DNA of 28,021 nucleotides from Candidatus Calescibacterium sp. (lineage in GTDB: Bacteria; Calescibacteriota; Calescibacteriia; Calescibacteriales; Calescibacteriaceae). Position numbers and translations under genes: made by a program. The DNA lies in NCBI GenBank assembly GCA_032249135.1, contig JAVVGL010000023.1:1-28021 (forward strand), written 5' to 3'. Position 1 is the first letter of the stretch, and each line of letters starts with the position of its first letter. The notes beneath the pieces are model-generated. The model ran no database searches, was not told where the DNA came from, and saw only the letters and a program-made list of their open reading frames with translations. This document shows, one piece after another, positions 25,623 to 28,021 of the stretch.

Positions 25623-26516
25623 TTATTTTCCTTTCTTTTCTCTTTTTCTGTTTTTTGCTAACTCTTCTTTTATTGTTTTGAACATAAGTTTTTCTTCTGG
25701 ATACAAACCTAGCCATATCTGAAAGCTCTTTGCTCCTTGTAATACAAGCATCCATTTTCCATCTTCCGTATCGTATCCCATTTTTGAGGCTATTTTAATA
25801 AAAGGAGTTTGAATATAGACTGTGTCATAAAATAGCTTTTTTGTTTTTTCTTTATTAGGTTTTGGAGTATATCCTATAACCTCAAATAAGTTTTCTCCTT
25901 TCCATCCAAGACTTGTTGCATTTACTATTATGTCAAATTCATCAAAATTTATTTTCCCGAATTCTTCTACTGCTATGTTTGATTTTGGAAAGATGCTCTG
26001 AATATCGCTTTTTATTTTTTCTGCTTTTTCTTTTGTTCTGTTGAATATTGTGATTTTACCTGCGTTGTTTTTTGCGCAAACAAAACAGATTGTTCGTGCT
26101 GTTCCACCTCCGCCCAATATCGCGACAGAGCTTGAACTTAAATTGTATCCTTTTTTCTCTATTGATTTTTCAAATCCAAAAGCATCTGTGTTGAAACCTT
26201 TTATTTTTCCGTCCTCAAAGAGTATTGTATTTACTGAACCTATTGCTCTTGCTTGATCATCTAACCAATCACAAATTTTCGCTGCGTCTTCTTTGAATGG
26301 TAAAGTTATATTTACTCCTCTGAATTTTAGAGCTTTCAGTCCTCTTATAGCATCCGGAAAATTTCCCTTTTCAACTTCAAATGGTAAATACACCCCATCT
26401 ATTTTGTATTTTTTCAAAAGTTTGTTATGCATAGCAGGGGAAAGAGAGTGACTCACAGGATTTCCCACTATTCCAAGATAGATTTTCTGATTTGTTTTTT
26501 TTCTAATATCTACCAT
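25623..26516 (-). CDS. aroE: Shikimate dehydrogenase
   Basis: SHSLSPAMHN, NITLPFK, SVNT, NTD, GGGGTAR, NRT and MLVLQG. Confidence 0.96.
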   Translation of the reverse strand: MVDIRKKTNQKIYLGIVGNPVSHSLSPAMHNKLLKKYKIDGVYLPFEVEKGNFPDAIRGLKALKFRGVNITLPFKEDAAKICDWLDDQARAIGSVNTILFEDGKIKGFNTDAFGFEKSIEKKGYNLSSSSVAILGGGGTARTICFVCAKNNAGKITIFNRTKEKAEKIKSDIQSIFPKSNIAVEEFGKINFDEFDIIVNATSLGWKGENLFEVIGYTPKPNKEKTKKLFYDTVYIQTPFIKIASKMGYDTEDGKWMLVLQGAKSFQIWLGLYPEEKLMFKTIKEELAKNRKREKKGK

Positions 26517-26764
26517 ACGATAACTTTTGCATCTTCTTTCATTATTTCTTCCGCAAGCTTATCTAAATCACATCCTAATATTTCAATTTTTTCTTTCTCT
26601 TCATTTTCACATTCATTTAAAATCTTTTCAAGTTTCTCTTTTGATTTTTTGAATTCAGCTTCATTTATGAAAGCTATTTTATGTTCGCAATTTTTAGTTT
26701 TCTTTATAAATTTATCTAAAACGGCTATTTTTCTCTCCTCTCTTACTATATGTATGAAAGTCAT
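26510..26764 (-). CDS. Small hypothetical protein (weak DsrH/TusB-like ends)
   Basis: 84-aa ORF overlapping the aroE start by 7 nt, K/E-rich like its neighbours; begins FIHIV and ends VIVW. Confidence 0.6.
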   Translation of the reverse strand: MTFIHIVREERKIAVLDKFIKKTKNCEHKIAFINEAEFKKSKEKLEKILNECENEEKEKIEILGCDLDKLAEEIMKEDAKVIVW

Positions 26765-26921
26765 GAGAGATAATGTTTATTGGAATAATAACATTTGTTT
26801 TGATATTTATTTTTGCAATTTTTGATTAATTTTTTATGTGAAGTGCTAGTGATTGGGTTTAATAATTAAGTTGATTGCGATAAGTTTCTTGCGAATAGAG
26901 TGGAAGATAATCAAATAACGC

Positions 26922-28021
26922 ATGGCTTGGGGTAAAATAATTATCGGAGATAGCAGAAAAATGATGGAGCTAATGGATAATGAAGTAGATTTAATAATAA
27001 CTTCACCTCCATACTGGCATATAAAAGATTATGGAGTCTCAGGACAAATTGGATATGGTCAAACGCTTCACCAGTATTTGTTTATATAGAGTTTGGAGTG
27101 AATGTTTTAGAGTTTTAAAACCGGGAAGGAGATTATGCATAAATATAGGCGATCAATTTGCAAGAGCTGTTTTGTATGGTAAGTATAAAGTTATACCCTT
27201 GCATGCAGAAATTATATGTCAGTGTGAGAAAATCGGATTTGATTACATGGGAGCTATTATTTGGCACAAAAAAACTACTATGAACACAACAGGAGGAGCA
27301 GTTGTAATGGGGTCTTATCCGTATCCACCAAATGGGATGATTGAAATAGGCTATGAGTTTATTTTGATCTTCAAAAAACCGGGAAGATCGGAAAATGTTT
27401 CAAAAGAAATAAGGGAAAAGTCAAAACTTACAAAAGAGGAGTGGAAGGAATATTTTTCTGGACATTGGAAGTTTGGCGGAGAAAAACAGATAGAACACGA
27501 GGCTATGTTCCCAGAGGAATTACCCAAAAGGTTAATAAAGATGTATTCTTTTGAGGGTGATACTGTTCTTGACCCATTTGTAGGTAGTGGTACAACTTTG
27601 AAGGTTGCACTTGAACTACGAAGAAATGCAATCGGATATGAGATAAATGAAAAATTTCTTGAAGTTATAAAAAGGAAACTCGGTATAAATCAAGCTTTGC
27701 TATTCCATAATGTGGAAATATCAAAAAGAACGAAAGAAATTGATTTAGATAATGTAGATTATGAACCGTCTATACCTGATATGAAACCAAAATTGGACCC
27801 AAAAAAAGTAGATTTTAAAAAAGGGGTTCTATATAAAGTTGTTGATATTGTAGATGAGAATACATTAAAGCTTGATACAGGTCTTTTCGTGAAGCTTTTG
27901 GGAATTGATATTATTGATAAGGAGAGAGCCATCAATTATTTCAGAGAATATCTTTTGAAAAAAGAGATTATGCTAAAAATGGAAAGCAATTCAGTTTTAG
28001 ATGAGAATACAATTCAGGCTT
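26922..28021 (+). pseudogene. Frameshifted beta-class N4/N6 DNA methyltransferase with C-terminal thermonuclease(SNase)-like domain; 3' end outside the window
   Basis: Frame from ATG 26922 gives MAWGKIIIGDSRKM...TSPPYWHIKDYG...QYLFI* (TAG 27087-27089). The frame from 27082 continues LYRVWSECFRVLKPG...HEAMFP...VLDPFVGSGTT...GYEIN...YKVVDIVDENTLKLDTGLFVKLLGID, open to the end of the window. Confidence 0.88.

Noticed and set aside
3020..26825. Numerous 60-140 aa antisense or alternate-frame ORFs in the track (for example 3020-3442, 5021-5401, 8357-8650, 10229-10553, 26427-26825)
   Set aside because: They lie within or opposite confidently identified genes, have S/F/I-rich antisense composition and show no motifs.
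26846..26849. CTAG looks scarce in the window (about six seen by eye), with one copy upstream of the MTase, suggesting its target site
   Set aside because: The count is not rigorous, CTAG avoidance is widespread in bacteria, and MTase specificity cannot be read from this sequence.

Overview
This is AT-rich, very compact bacterial chromosomal DNA. The proteins are K/E-rich and the cell envelope looks diderm (lipoproteins, pseudopilins), so a thermophile is possible, but that is inference. The core is housekeeping: dtd, pcm-nlpD-lon-tRNA-Leu(GAG), DUF2851, rhomboid protease, acyl-CoA carboxyltransferase-fabD, an MFS transporter, gspG-gspH-like-efp, dienelactone hydrolase, a Zn-dependent MDR enzyme, a membrane HD phosphodiesterase, rdgB-thpR, a ChdC/Cld-family protein, a TPR lipoprotein, apgM, surE, ilvB and aroE. 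Both ends look accessory. The left end has a secreted-protein gene with (AAAG)7 inside its signal peptide, a small hendecad-repeat membrane protein, a DUF2281-PIN toxin-antitoxin pair and a 42-bp-repeat coiled-coil protein with a degenerate PD-(D/E)XK-like tail. The right end has a frameshifted N4/N6 DNA methyltransferase fused to a thermonuclease-like domain, which the ORF track missed. The main oddities are an EF-P lacking the PGKG loop (KVAQRQP), a Lon lacking the QREYYL helix, a fabD-coupled carboxyltransferase with an ACC-like specificity residue near an archaeal-type acryloyl-CoA-reductase-like enzyme, and many short tandem duplications in intergenic DNA. I see no CRISPR array, IS element or integrase, and no single clearly novel multi-gene system can be proven from the sequence alone.
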